Below, piece by piece: positions 10,108-18,359 of a stretch of 64,000 nucleotides of DNA. The position numbers and the translations under genes are program-made. The stretch lies in assembly GCA_963781885.1 (NCBI GenBank), contig CAWAHW010000002.1, positions 320,001-384,000 of the forward strand. The letters are read 5' to 3'. Within the stretch, counting starts at the first letter, position 1. Each line of letters starts with the position of its first letter. Origin of the DNA: an uncultured Spirochaetota bacterium (GTDB taxonomy: Bacteria > Spirochaetota > Spirochaetia > SZUA-6 > Fen-1364). The notes under the pieces were generated by a model, which worked only from the letters and a program-made list of their open reading frames with translations, made no database searches and was not told the origin of the DNA.

Positions 10108-11625
10108 TTACGTGAACCGGGCCCTGATCTCCGCGCTCACGTAGTCCAGGATGGCCACCGTGACCGCGATGAACCATACCGCGATACCGGCGGACCGGTA
10201 GTCCAGGAGCCGGATATACTGCACGAGGATGAATCCCACGCCCCCGCCGCCCACCAGGCCGATGACCGTCGACATGCGCACGTTCACGTCCCACCGGTAG
10301 ATGGAGAACGACACGAACGGGGAGATCATCTGCGGCACCACGGCGTACATGATGGTCTGCAGGCGCGTTGCCCCGGTGGCCTGTATCGCCTCGATGGGAC
10401 CAGGGTCGATCCCCTCGATGGCCTCCGAATAGAGCTTGCCGAGCGCTGCCACGGAATGCACCGTGAGCGCGACGATGCCCGCGAACGGCCCCAGGCCGAC
10501 CCACACCACCGCGATGAGCGCCCAGATGAGCGGCTCGATGGCGCGGATGACGTTCAGGATCGTGCGCGTGAGATAGTAGATGCCCACGAGGAGCGGCGAG
10601 CCGGACATGATGTTGCGCGCCGCGAGAAAGCTCACGGGGATGGAGAGGATGATGCCGAAGAGGGTCGCCATCATGCCCATGAATATCGTCTCCACCATGC
10701 GCTGGATCACGAGCAGGAGCGGCTCGCTCGGCTTCAGCGGGGCATATCCCACGGTCTGACGGGCCTCGACGCGATGCGGCTGTTCCTTGCCCTTTGCCGA
10801 TGGGCCGAGCGAGTACGGCATCACGACGTCCACCGTGAAGGCGCCGGTCTCATCGGGCATGACGGAGAGGTAGGAGCCGCTCTTGCGGAGCTGGAAATTG
10901 TTGCCCAAGGGATCGACCCACCACATCTCCACGGGGATGCCCGTCCTGAATCCAGTTGCCGTCAGGTGGAGTGTCGTGCCGACGATGGTCATGTTGTTGT
11001 CATCCAGCGCGGATAGCTCGCCCGTGCGGGGCGAGGAGTCGAGGTGCGGCTTGCCCTGCATGACGGGATCCGGCGCCGGTCCCCCGTTGGCGGCCGTCGG
11101 CACCATGATGGAGGCGCCGGCCACCGAGAGAATCGGGTCGCGCTCGACGGCGGCCTTCCACGGCCAGATCACCTCGCCCAAAGGCTTCATCGCCTGCGGG
11201 AAATCCTTCACGAGCTTCGCGGGAGAGATCTCGCTGATCTGCCAGCCCAGGGCGAAGAAGGCCAGGAGGATCAGCGCGAACATGACGAATCCCCCGCGGC
11301 GATCCTTTGCCTGCCGCCGGGCGTCCCAGGCGTTCCAGATCCAGATCAGGGCCGTGAACGCGAGCAGGGTCGCCGTGAAGCCCGGCTGCAGCTCGAATGC
11401 CTTGGCGATCTTTGCCGCCAGGGTCGTCTGCAAATGGCCGATCAGGTCCACTCTCCAGAGCAGCATGCCGAGGATTGCCGCGGCGGAGCAGAGGATCAGG
11501 ACGCCGCGCCACACCGCGCGTCCAAGGGCCTGGCCGAGGCCCGGCACGATGAGGGAGCACAGGCCGGCAACCCAGGGAGGGACAAGGGAGGGGAGCACCT
11601 CTTTGCGGGGGCCTTTCCTTCTCAT
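10108..11625 (-). CDS. phnE: Phosphonate/phosphate-type ABC permease with N-terminal extension and large soluble insertion
   Basis: C-terminal ETIFMG...LGKLYSEAIEGIDPGPIEA...RWDVNVRMSTVIGLVGGGGVG. Confidence 0.88.
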   Translation of the reverse strand: MRRKGPRKEVLPSLVPPWVAGLCSLIVPGLGQALGRAVWRGVLILCSAAAILGMLLWRVDLIGHLQTTLAAKIAKAFELQPGFTATLLAFTALIWIWNAWDARRQAKDRRGGFVMFALILLAFFALGWQISEISPAKLVKDFPQAMKPLGEVIWPWKAAVERDPILSVAGASIMVPTAANGGPAPDPVMQGKPHLDSSPRTGELSALDDNNMTIVGTTLHLTATGFRTGIPVEMWWVDPLGNNFQLRKSGSYLSVMPDETGAFTVDVVMPYSLGPSAKGKEQPHRVEARQTVGYAPLKPSEPLLLVIQRMVETIFMGMMATLFGIILSIPVSFLAARNIMSGSPLLVGIYYLTRTILNVIRAIEPLIWALIAVVWVGLGPFAGIVALTVHSVAALGKLYSEAIEGIDPGPIEAIQATGATRLQTIMYAVVPQMISPFVSFSIYRWDVNVRMSTVIGLVGGGGVGFILVQYIRLLDYRSAGIAVWFIAVTVAILDYVSAEIRARFT

Positions 11626-11629
11626 GCGC

Positions 11630-12412
11630 TCACTCCTCCACCGAGAGCCCGGCGCTCGTGCGCACGGCTTCCTCGCCGTAGACGTCCTTGAACTCGGAGT
11701 CCGTCATACGCCGCACGTCCTCACCCGTGCCCTGCCAGACGAGGCGCCCCGCCCGCAGGCCGATCACCTGTGTCGCGTACTTCTGCACGAGATCGAGGTA
11801 GTGAAGGCTGCAGAGCACCGTGATGTGGTCTTCCCTGTTGAGCCTCTCGAGGTAGCCGAGGATGGAATGCGCGAGCACCGGGTCGAGGCTCGCGACCGGC
11901 TCGTCGGCGAGGATCATGCGGGGCTGCTGCATGAGGGCTCGCGCGATGCCGACGCGCTGCTGCTGCCCGCCGGAGAGCTCGCGCGCCTGCTTGCGTGCCT
12001 GCTCCCGCAGGCCGACCCGGTCGAGCGCCTTCCAGGCGAGCTCCCGGTCCGCGACGGGAAAGCGATGCACGAGGCTTGCGGCCGTATTGACGTACCCCAG
12101 CCTGCCCGCGAGCACGTTCGTGAGCACCGACGACCTCTTTACGAGATTGAACTGCTGGAAGACCATGCCGATCTGCCGCCGGACGCGGCGAAGGTCCTCA
12201 CCCTGCATCGCGGTCACGTCAACGCCGTCCCAGAGTATCTTCCCCTCCGTGGGATCGTGCAGGCGATTGATGCAACGCAACAGGGTTGATTTGCCGGACC
12301 CGCTCAGGCCGATGATGACCAGGAACTCCTGCGGGCGCACGGTGAAGCTCACGTCGCGGAGGGCCACGGTGCCGTCGTCGTATGTCTTGGAAAGGTGCTG
12401 AACCTCGAGCAT
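11630..12412 (-). CDS. phnC: Phosphonate-type ABC ATP-binding protein
   Basis: [36 protein letters not shown]. Confidence 0.92.
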   Translation of the reverse strand: MLEVQHLSKTYDDGTVALRDVSFTVRPQEFLVIIGLSGSGKSTLLRCINRLHDPTEGKILWDGVDVTAMQGEDLRRVRRQIGMVFQQFNLVKRSSVLTNVLAGRLGYVNTAASLVHRFPVADRELAWKALDRVGLREQARKQARELSGGQQQRVGIARALMQQPRMILADEPVASLDPVLAHSILGYLERLNREDHITVLCSLHYLDLVQKYATQVIGLRAGRLVWQGTGEDVRRMTDSEFKDVYGEEAVRTSAGLSVEE

Positions 12413-12484
12413 GGGCGGGCCGCTCCTTCCTGCAAACAGGGGGCCGCGCGGCCCCCTGTGAATCGATCAGGTCTGTCCGGTCCC

Positions 12485-13384
12485 TTATTTCTTCGGAAGA
12501 AGGACGTCCGCCGTCACGCCGGCCGCCTGCAGCACCTGGCGGAATCCGTCGTAGAACGAATCGTCGTGCTTTTCCAGCGCGGTCCACTGGTAGGCGGTAT
12601 TGATCGCCGCCTTGCCGGCATCGGTCTTGATGATGTCGAGCAGCGCGTTGACGATCGTGTTCCGCAATGCCGCGGTGACCGACGGATGGAACTGCACGCC
12701 GTCGTTGGGGATGTTCCCCGATATCTTCACGACAACCACTTTATCCATCACGTCGGGATGGTCCGCCTGGATATTCGCCCGGGCGTCGACAAAGCACGCG
12801 CCGGCGTCGGCCTGTCCGTTGTAGACGGCGGTGGCGACTGCCGGATGGCTGCCGGCGTCGATCACCTTCATGTCCTTCTCAGGGTCGAGCCCGGCCGCCT
12901 TGAGCATGAGGCTGGGTATGATCCAGCCGCTGGCGGACAGGGGGTCGACGCGCGCGAAGGTGTGACCCTTGAGGTCGGCCAGTGTCTTGATGCCCAGACC
13001 CGCCTGCGCGATGATCTCGCCCTGGTAGAACGCGCTGCCGTTCCTCTGGGACACGAGCGCGGCCTGCGCCACCTTCTGGTCGGCGGCGAGGATGTACGCG
13101 GCCGTTGCCAAAGACGTCATCTGCGCTTTGGGCGGGTTGGCCTTCAGCGCCTCGATGACGCCGACGTAGTCCGTGGCGACAAACGTCTTGAAGAAGAGAC
13201 CCGTCTTTGCGTGCAGCAGGTCGGCGACGCTCTGGGCGCCCGCGGAGACCTTCGATGTATCTCCCGACGGCACGTACGCCCAGATGATGGGATTCTTTTC
13301 GCTTCCCAGCGGGTCGGCTGCCATGGCGGCCATGGCGGAAAGCACAAGCAGGGCGGCCACGAGGATCGAGACTTTCCTGGACAT
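12485..13384 (-). CDS. phnD: Phosphate/phosphite/phosphonate ABC substrate-binding protein
   Basis: Signal peptide, DYVGVIEAL, DPLSASGWIIP, AGSHPAV, IPND; SD GGAGG before ATG 13384. Confidence 0.88.
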   Translation of the reverse strand: MSRKVSILVAALLVLSAMAAMAADPLGSEKNPIIWAYVPSGDTSKVSAGAQSVADLLHAKTGLFFKTFVATDYVGVIEALKANPPKAQMTSLATAAYILAADQKVAQAALVSQRNGSAFYQGEIIAQAGLGIKTLADLKGHTFARVDPLSASGWIIPSLMLKAAGLDPEKDMKVIDAGSHPAVATAVYNGQADAGACFVDARANIQADHPDVMDKVVVVKISGNIPNDGVQFHPSVTAALRNTIVNALLDIIKTDAGKAAINTAYQWTALEKHDDSFYDGFRQVLQAAGVTADVLLPKK

Positions 13385-13402
13385 GCAAACCTCCTTTGGT
13401 AG

Positions 13403-13446
13403 GTGAACGTTTTCGCTAGAGTACGTGAGCCGCCGGCCCGCGTCAA
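13403..13446 (-). promoter_or_regulatory. Sigma70-type promoter of the phnD operon with a LacI-like operator near +1
   Basis: TTGACG (13446-13441)-N17-TACTCT (13423-13418); GTGAACGTTTTC at 13403-13414. Confidence 0.55.
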
Positions 13447-13461
13447 GCAATTCCCCTTTTC

Positions 13462-13490
13462 TTGCCTTCGGCGCGTCTCGAGGATAGACT
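13462..13490 (+). promoter_or_regulatory. Sigma70-type promoter ending 7 nt before the ATG (leaderless candidate)
   Basis: TTGCCT-N17-TAGACT-N7-ATG 13498. Confidence 0.6.
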
Positions 13491-13497
13491 CCCTGCC

Positions 13498-14220
13498 ATG
13501 GCTGCGGACATCCATGAGGTCATCCTTCTCCTGGGCAGGCCGGCCTCCGGCAAGAGCGAGACGTTGGACTATCTCCAGCGCTGCGATCCCGTCGAGCGCA
13601 GGGCGCGCTTCAGGATCGGCCGTCTCCTTACCCTGGACGATTTCCCCCTTCTCTGGGCGTGGTTCGAGGAGGACGACCTGCTTTCGGCCATGGGAAAGCC
13701 GCGTCTGCACACGACTGCCGATGGATACTTCTCCGCGCGTCACCTCTGGGACGTGCTCATCAGGCGGCTGTGTCTGGAGTACGACAAGCTGTGCGCCCGG
13801 GAGCCATCGCTTCTCCAGACGACCACGGTCATCATCGAGTTCTCCCGGGGGACGGAGCACGGCGGCTATGCAATGGCGCTGGAAGCGCTTTCCGACACCG
13901 TACTCCGCAGGGCGGGGGCGCTCTACGTCTCCGTGTCGTTCGAGGAGTCTTTGCGGAAGAACCGCCGCCGTTTCAACGCGGCCAGGCCCGACAGCATACT
14001 GGAACACGCCCTGCCGGACGACAAGCTGGAGAGGCTTTACAGGCTCGACGACTGGAACGACCTTCCGCGATCCGACCCCGGGCATCTCATCGTCCGCGGG
14101 CAGCGCATGCCGTCCGTCGTCTTCGACAACGACAACGATGTCACGACGCCCCGGGGCGAGGCGCTGGGGGCCCGGCTGGAGGCGACCCTCGGGACGCTCT
14201 GGGATCGCCGGCGGACGTGA
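13498..14220 (+). CDS. Uncharacterised P-loop protein, nucleoside/nucleotide-kinase-like
   Basis: N-terminal Walker A ILLLGRPASGKSE; VIIEFSRG; lid-like RKNRRR. Confidence 0.72.
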   Translation: MAADIHEVILLLGRPASGKSETLDYLQRCDPVERRARFRIGRLLTLDDFPLLWAWFEEDDLLSAMGKPRLHTTADGYFSARHLWDVLIRRLCLEYDKLCAREPSLLQTTTVIIEFSRGTEHGGYAMALEALSDTVLRRAGALYVSVSFEESLRKNRRRFNAARPDSILEHALPDDKLERLYRLDDWNDLPRSDPGHLIVRGQRMPSVVFDNDNDVTTPRGEALGARLEATLGTLWDRRRT

Positions 14221-14317
14221 GGCTGCGTGCGTCAAAGGGGAGCTCGCCGATGAGCCGGCATGAGGCACCCCGCGGCCCGGGGGGACCCGCGGGCTGCGCT
14301 CGCGTCGGGGACTTCTC

Positions 14318-15403
14318 CTATGCGGTTGCGCCGGGTCGGCGGAGCTGGCGGGTGAGCTCCCTGAAGGTGAGGAGAAGCTTCCTTTTCTCGTCCCAGACCT
14401 TCAGGCGCACGGACCTCAGGCTGGGCCACAGCCGCAGGGGATCTGAAAGCTGGAGCTCCGGCGTCTGATTCAGGCATTCCTGCAGATTGTAATTCGGGAT
14501 CCGCGGCCGCAGATGGTGGATGTGGTGGAACCCGATGTTGCCCGATATCCACTGCAGGAGCTTCGGGAGCTTGTAATACGATGAGCCCTGCATCGCGGCA
14601 TCCATGGATTCCCACTCCTCCGTGCGCGCCCAGTAGGCCGGGTCGAACTGATGCTGCACGTAGAAGAGCCACACGCCGCCGGCGCCGCCCAGCAGCATCA
14701 CCGGCATCTGGATCAGGAGGTATGCCTTGATGCCGATGGTGAGCGATGCCGCCGTGACGATCCCCGCGATCACGAGGTCAGTCAGAAGGATGCTGAGCAT
14801 CTGCTTCCTGCCGGTGCCGCGCCCCGGCCACCGCTGACCGAGCACGAATATGAAAAATGGCCCCAGGCCGAACATGATCAGCGGATTGCGGAACAAGCGG
14901 TAGCGGAAGCGCCGAAAAGGGGTGCTTGCCACGTATTCATCCGCCGTCATCGTCCACACGTCGCCCACGCCGCGCCTGTCCAGGTTGCCGGAGGTCGAAT
15001 GGTGGATGCCGTGCTCGTGCCTCCAGTTCGCAAAGGACGAGAAGGTGAGCACGCCCGTGATGTTGCCGATGATCTGCCGTCCCAGCTCCGATGCGACGTA
15101 CGAACCGTGGCCGCAATCGTGGAAGAAGATGAAGATGCGCACGAGAAGCGCTCCCGCCGGCACGGCAAGCAGGAACGTGATCCAGTACGGCAGCCCCCAC
15201 CTCATGGTCAGGTACATCAGGACCAGCAGGGCGAGGTAGGGAATCAGGGTATCGATCAGTTGCACGGCCGCCTTGCCCGCGTTCGGCTTTTCGAATTTTT
15301 TCAGGCCGCTGACCCAGGCTGGCTTTTGCGTTTTTGCGGTGAAAGCGGTATCGATGGGGGACGCCGGCGCGCCGTGAGCGGCTCCCGGATTTTCTTCAGG
15401 CAT
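14318..15403 (-). CDS. des: Membrane fatty-acid desaturase (Bacillus Des-like)
   Basis: Three His boxes HDCGH, HGIHH, HHIHH; FYVQHQF; RIPNYNL; SD GAGGAGG before ATG 15403. Confidence 0.9.
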   Translation of the reverse strand: MPEENPGAAHGAPASPIDTAFTAKTQKPAWVSGLKKFEKPNAGKAAVQLIDTLIPYLALLVLMYLTMRWGLPYWITFLLAVPAGALLVRIFIFFHDCGHGSYVASELGRQIIGNITGVLTFSSFANWRHEHGIHHSTSGNLDRRGVGDVWTMTADEYVASTPFRRFRYRLFRNPLIMFGLGPFFIFVLGQRWPGRGTGRKQMLSILLTDLVIAGIVTAASLTIGIKAYLLIQMPVMLLGGAGGVWLFYVQHQFDPAYWARTEEWESMDAAMQGSSYYKLPKLLQWISGNIGFHHIHHLRPRIPNYNLQECLNQTPELQLSDPLRLWPSLRSVRLKVWDEKRKLLLTFRELTRQLRRPGATA

Positions 15404-15573
15404 TCGTTCCTCCTCTGGAGCGCTCTCGGAACGCTTCGACACACAAATATATCCAATTTGCCGATGGCGGGGTCCGATAGGGATGATATTTCACTTCAGG
15501 GCGCCGCCATGACGCGGGAGAATCGTGCGGCCACTTTCTGCCCGGCAGCGACAGCAGTACTCCGGCGCTCCTC

Positions 15574-15602
15574 TTGACAAAGGGTCGGTGATCCTGTAGA
15601 GT
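15574..15602 (+). promoter_or_regulatory. Sigma70-type promoter of the RRM gene
   Basis: TTGACA-N17-TAGAGT. Confidence 0.75.
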
Positions 15603-15799
15603 ACCCGTGAATACCACAAGATGGCTTCGTGGATTCCGATGAAACAAAAGAAGCCTGAACATTAGGGCCTTTCCAATCCTACCCTGAAGGAACACCCGAC
15701 CGGACAGTGCGGCATCTCCGAAAGATCCAGCGACGTTCTGCTCCTTGGGCGGTATGGAGCAAAGGGCGATGATGGACCGACACTCCTGAGGAGGAGAAC

Positions 15800-16093
15800 A
15801 TGAACAAGAAACTTTACGTGGGCGGACTTTCGTATTCAGTGACGGACGCGCAGCTCCAGGCGCTTTTCGCCAGCCATGGGACGGTTGAATCCGCCAAGGT
15901 CGTGATGGACCGCGAAACGGACCGCTCGCGCGGATTCGGATTCGTCGAGATGAGCACGCAGGAAGAGGCCGAAAAGGCCATCGCAGCGCTCAATGGGACG
16001 CAGCACGAGGGGCGGAGCCTCACGGTGAACATTTCCAAGCCCCGCGAGGATCGTCCCGCGCGGAGCGGCGGCGGCGGACGCGACCGCTACTAA
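15800..16093 (+). CDS. Single-RRM RNA-binding protein with Gly/Arg-rich tail
   Basis: RNP2 LYVGGL, RNP1 RGFGFVEM; SD GAGGAGG. Confidence 0.95.
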   Translation: MNKKLYVGGLSYSVTDAQLQALFASHGTVESAKVVMDRETDRSRGFGFVEMSTQEEAEKAIAALNGTQHEGRSLTVNISKPREDRPARSGGGGRDRY

Positions 16094-16114
16094 GCGGCAC
16101 AACTTTCAAACAGG

Positions 16115-16144
16115 CAGGGGGCAGGTCGGCCCCCTGTTTTTTTT
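16115..16144 (+). terminator. Rho-independent terminator
   Basis: CAGGGGGC-AGGTCG-GCCCCCTG followed by T8. Confidence 0.85.
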
Positions 16145-16159
16145 GCGTCTTCCTCTTCG

Positions 16160-16188
16160 TTGACTCCGACGATTTTATCTGTTACATT
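16160..16188 (+). promoter_or_regulatory. Sigma70-type promoter of the recombinase-like gene
   Basis: TTGACT-N17-TACATT. Confidence 0.65.
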
Positions 16189-16228
16189 ACTGATGTATTG
16201 TCGGTCCGGCGAAAGGAGTGTGGCCCCT

Positions 16229-17176
16229 ATGCGGGAAGACGATGTGTCGAAGACGGATCAGGAAGCGCTTCTGGCAGAGTTGGAAGGCATACGCGACATC
16301 TACCGGTCGGACGTGAAGCAGTTCATCGGGTTCGTGCGGGAACGGAAGCTCCACCTCGTGGACGGATTCAAGAAATACGCCCAGTGGCTGGACGAGGAGC
16401 ATGACGGCAAGACTTATTCACCGGCAACGATCAACCGCAAGATAGCCGCGGCGCGCAGCCGGGTCCGCTATGCCTTCAAGCAGAGCGCTTTCGCCGGAAG
16501 CCTCCGCCGGAAACATCGCCTGGAAGACATTTTGAAGGCGGTCCGGCTCAAGAAGATCGAGATCGTGCCGGTGGCGTCGGACAAGGTGCTGGACATCGAA
16601 GAGGCGCGGAAGCTGGTGGGCAAGACACGGGATGCGACCATACGGCTGATGGTCACCTTCCTCGTGAGCACGGGTGTCCGCGTGTCCGAGATGCTCGGGC
16701 TGAAGCTCACCGATCTCAAAGATGTCAAAGGCGAGCTCGTCCAGGTCCGGGTGAGAGGCAAGGGCGCGCGCGAGAGGACCATCTACGTGAAAAAGGCATT
16801 CCGGGACCGCATCAGGAGATACTTCCACGGTGCGACGTACCTCTTCGAGCACCAGGGCAGGCAATACAACCGGATATCCGTGACCAACAGGATCAAGCTT
16901 GAAGCGCTACGGATACTCGGACGCGAGGTGACGGCGCAGCAGCTGCGCCACAGCTGGGCGGCCATCCAGATCAAGAGGGGCCGCGACATCGCGGCAGTGG
17001 CGGCCGTGCTCGGGCACGCGCATCAGGGTCCCGCCTCACGGACGAGCTCCGGGACGCGCCTGCGGCCCGAGGATTCATTCCTCGACATCGAAGGGGCGAA
17101 ACGCCAAGGCCGGGAAAGGCCGGATGACGAGGCCTCCCGGGAAGGCGAAGAGCAGGGCGGGAACGCCGCCGGTTGA
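16229..17176 (+). CDS. Tyrosine recombinase-family protein with a degenerate active site
   Basis: SPATINRK, TGVRVSE, VRGKG, QQLRHS, LGH; no Tyr anywhere after LGH; SD AAGGAG. Confidence 0.82.
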   Translation: MREDDVSKTDQEALLAELEGIRDIYRSDVKQFIGFVRERKLHLVDGFKKYAQWLDEEHDGKTYSPATINRKIAAARSRVRYAFKQSAFAGSLRRKHRLEDILKAVRLKKIEIVPVASDKVLDIEEARKLVGKTRDATIRLMVTFLVSTGVRVSEMLGLKLTDLKDVKGELVQVRVRGKGARERTIYVKKAFRDRIRRYFHGATYLFEHQGRQYNRISVTNRIKLEALRILGREVTAQQLRHSWAAIQIKRGRDIAAVAAVLGHAHQGPASRTSSGTRLRPEDSFLDIEGAKRQGRERPDDEASREGEEQGGNAAG

Positions 17177-17180
17177 GCGG

Positions 17181-18115
17181 CTATCCCTCGCCGCCTCCAG
17201 CCTTCGCCCCGCCCGGTCCCTCCGTCCGCGTCTCCCGGGGCGACTCCGACTGAGGCTCGATATGGATGAGGACGCTGGTATTGGACAGTCTGGCTTCCAG
17301 CTCTTTTTCGATGATGTCGCACAGCTGGTGGGAATCCCGCACGCTCATGCCCGCGGGCACGGTGAGATGAAAATCGATGTGCTTCGTGCCGCCGGCGCGC
17401 GGGTGCGCACCGCGTGCAGACCGGCATCGGGATGACGGGCGACGCTCTGCTCGATGGCGGCAAGCTCTTCCGCCGAGATGCTTGCATCCAGGAGCGGCGC
17501 GAATGCCTTCCGCAGCATTTTCCACGCTTCGACCAGGATCAGGAGCGCGATGGCGATGGCAACGGCCGGATCGAGATAATAGGCCCATGACAGGTTGAAG
17601 GCGCGGACGACCACGAGGATGATGAGGAGGCTGCCTGCCACGCCGAGGGAGGACCAGACATCGGTCTTGTGATGCAACGCGTCGGCCTCAAGGGCGACGC
17701 TCTGCTCCTGCCGCGCCACACGGGAGAGGATGCGCGCGACGACCAGGTTGACGATCCCGGAAACGAGCATGACGGCGACCCCGAGCTCAAGGTGCTCGAC
17801 CGGTTGGTGGTGCGCCAGCTTTCTCACCGCCTCCGCGATGATGAGCACCGCCGCGGCAAATATGAGGATCGACTCGATGACGCCGGAAACATTCTCCACT
17901 TTTTCATGACCGTAGGGATGCTCGGTGTCGGCGGGACGTTGCGCGATGCGGATGGAAAAAAAGGCCATCACCGCGGCGGCCAGGTCCATGAGCGAGTGGA
18001 TTGCCTCTGAGATGATGCTGACGGCTCCGCTCAGGATCCCGACCAGAAGCTTCAGGGCGATGAGAAGGACATTGGAGAGTATGGAAAGCCGCGCCGTGCG
18101 GGCCGCACGGTTCAT
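17181..18115 (-). CDS. Cation diffusion facilitator (FieF-like); one -1 indel near 17398
   Basis: SEAIHSLMD, HPYGHEKVE, ADALHHKTD; dimerisation domain KHIDFHL...VLIHIEP continues in the adjacent frame. Confidence 0.88.
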
Positions 18116-18315
18116 TCGGGACTCCTTTCTTCACGGCACCCCTGCGCCGCAAGTCGGAAGTCCCACAGCTTCTGCTGCTGCCCGCCGAAAAGCGACGGGC
18201 CCGGCAATCACCTGATCTTCCGCGAAAACAGCATGGGGGCAGTATCCGCTTTTGTCAAGGCGGGGTCGTCCGGGGCATCGCGCGTGGCGCCGTCAATGCC
18301 ACGGGCTACCGTGTG

Positions 18316-18344
18316 TTGCATATCTTCTCACGTCTTCCTATAGT
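18316..18344 (+). promoter_or_regulatory. Sigma70-type promoter of the GH5 gene
   Basis: TTGCAT-N17-TATAGT. Confidence 0.65.
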
Positions 18345-18359
18345 CGGGGCGGCCACCTC

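Noticed and set aside
16229-17176. Active integrase or mobile element
   Set aside because: No catalytic Tyr, att repeats, tRNA target or cargo.
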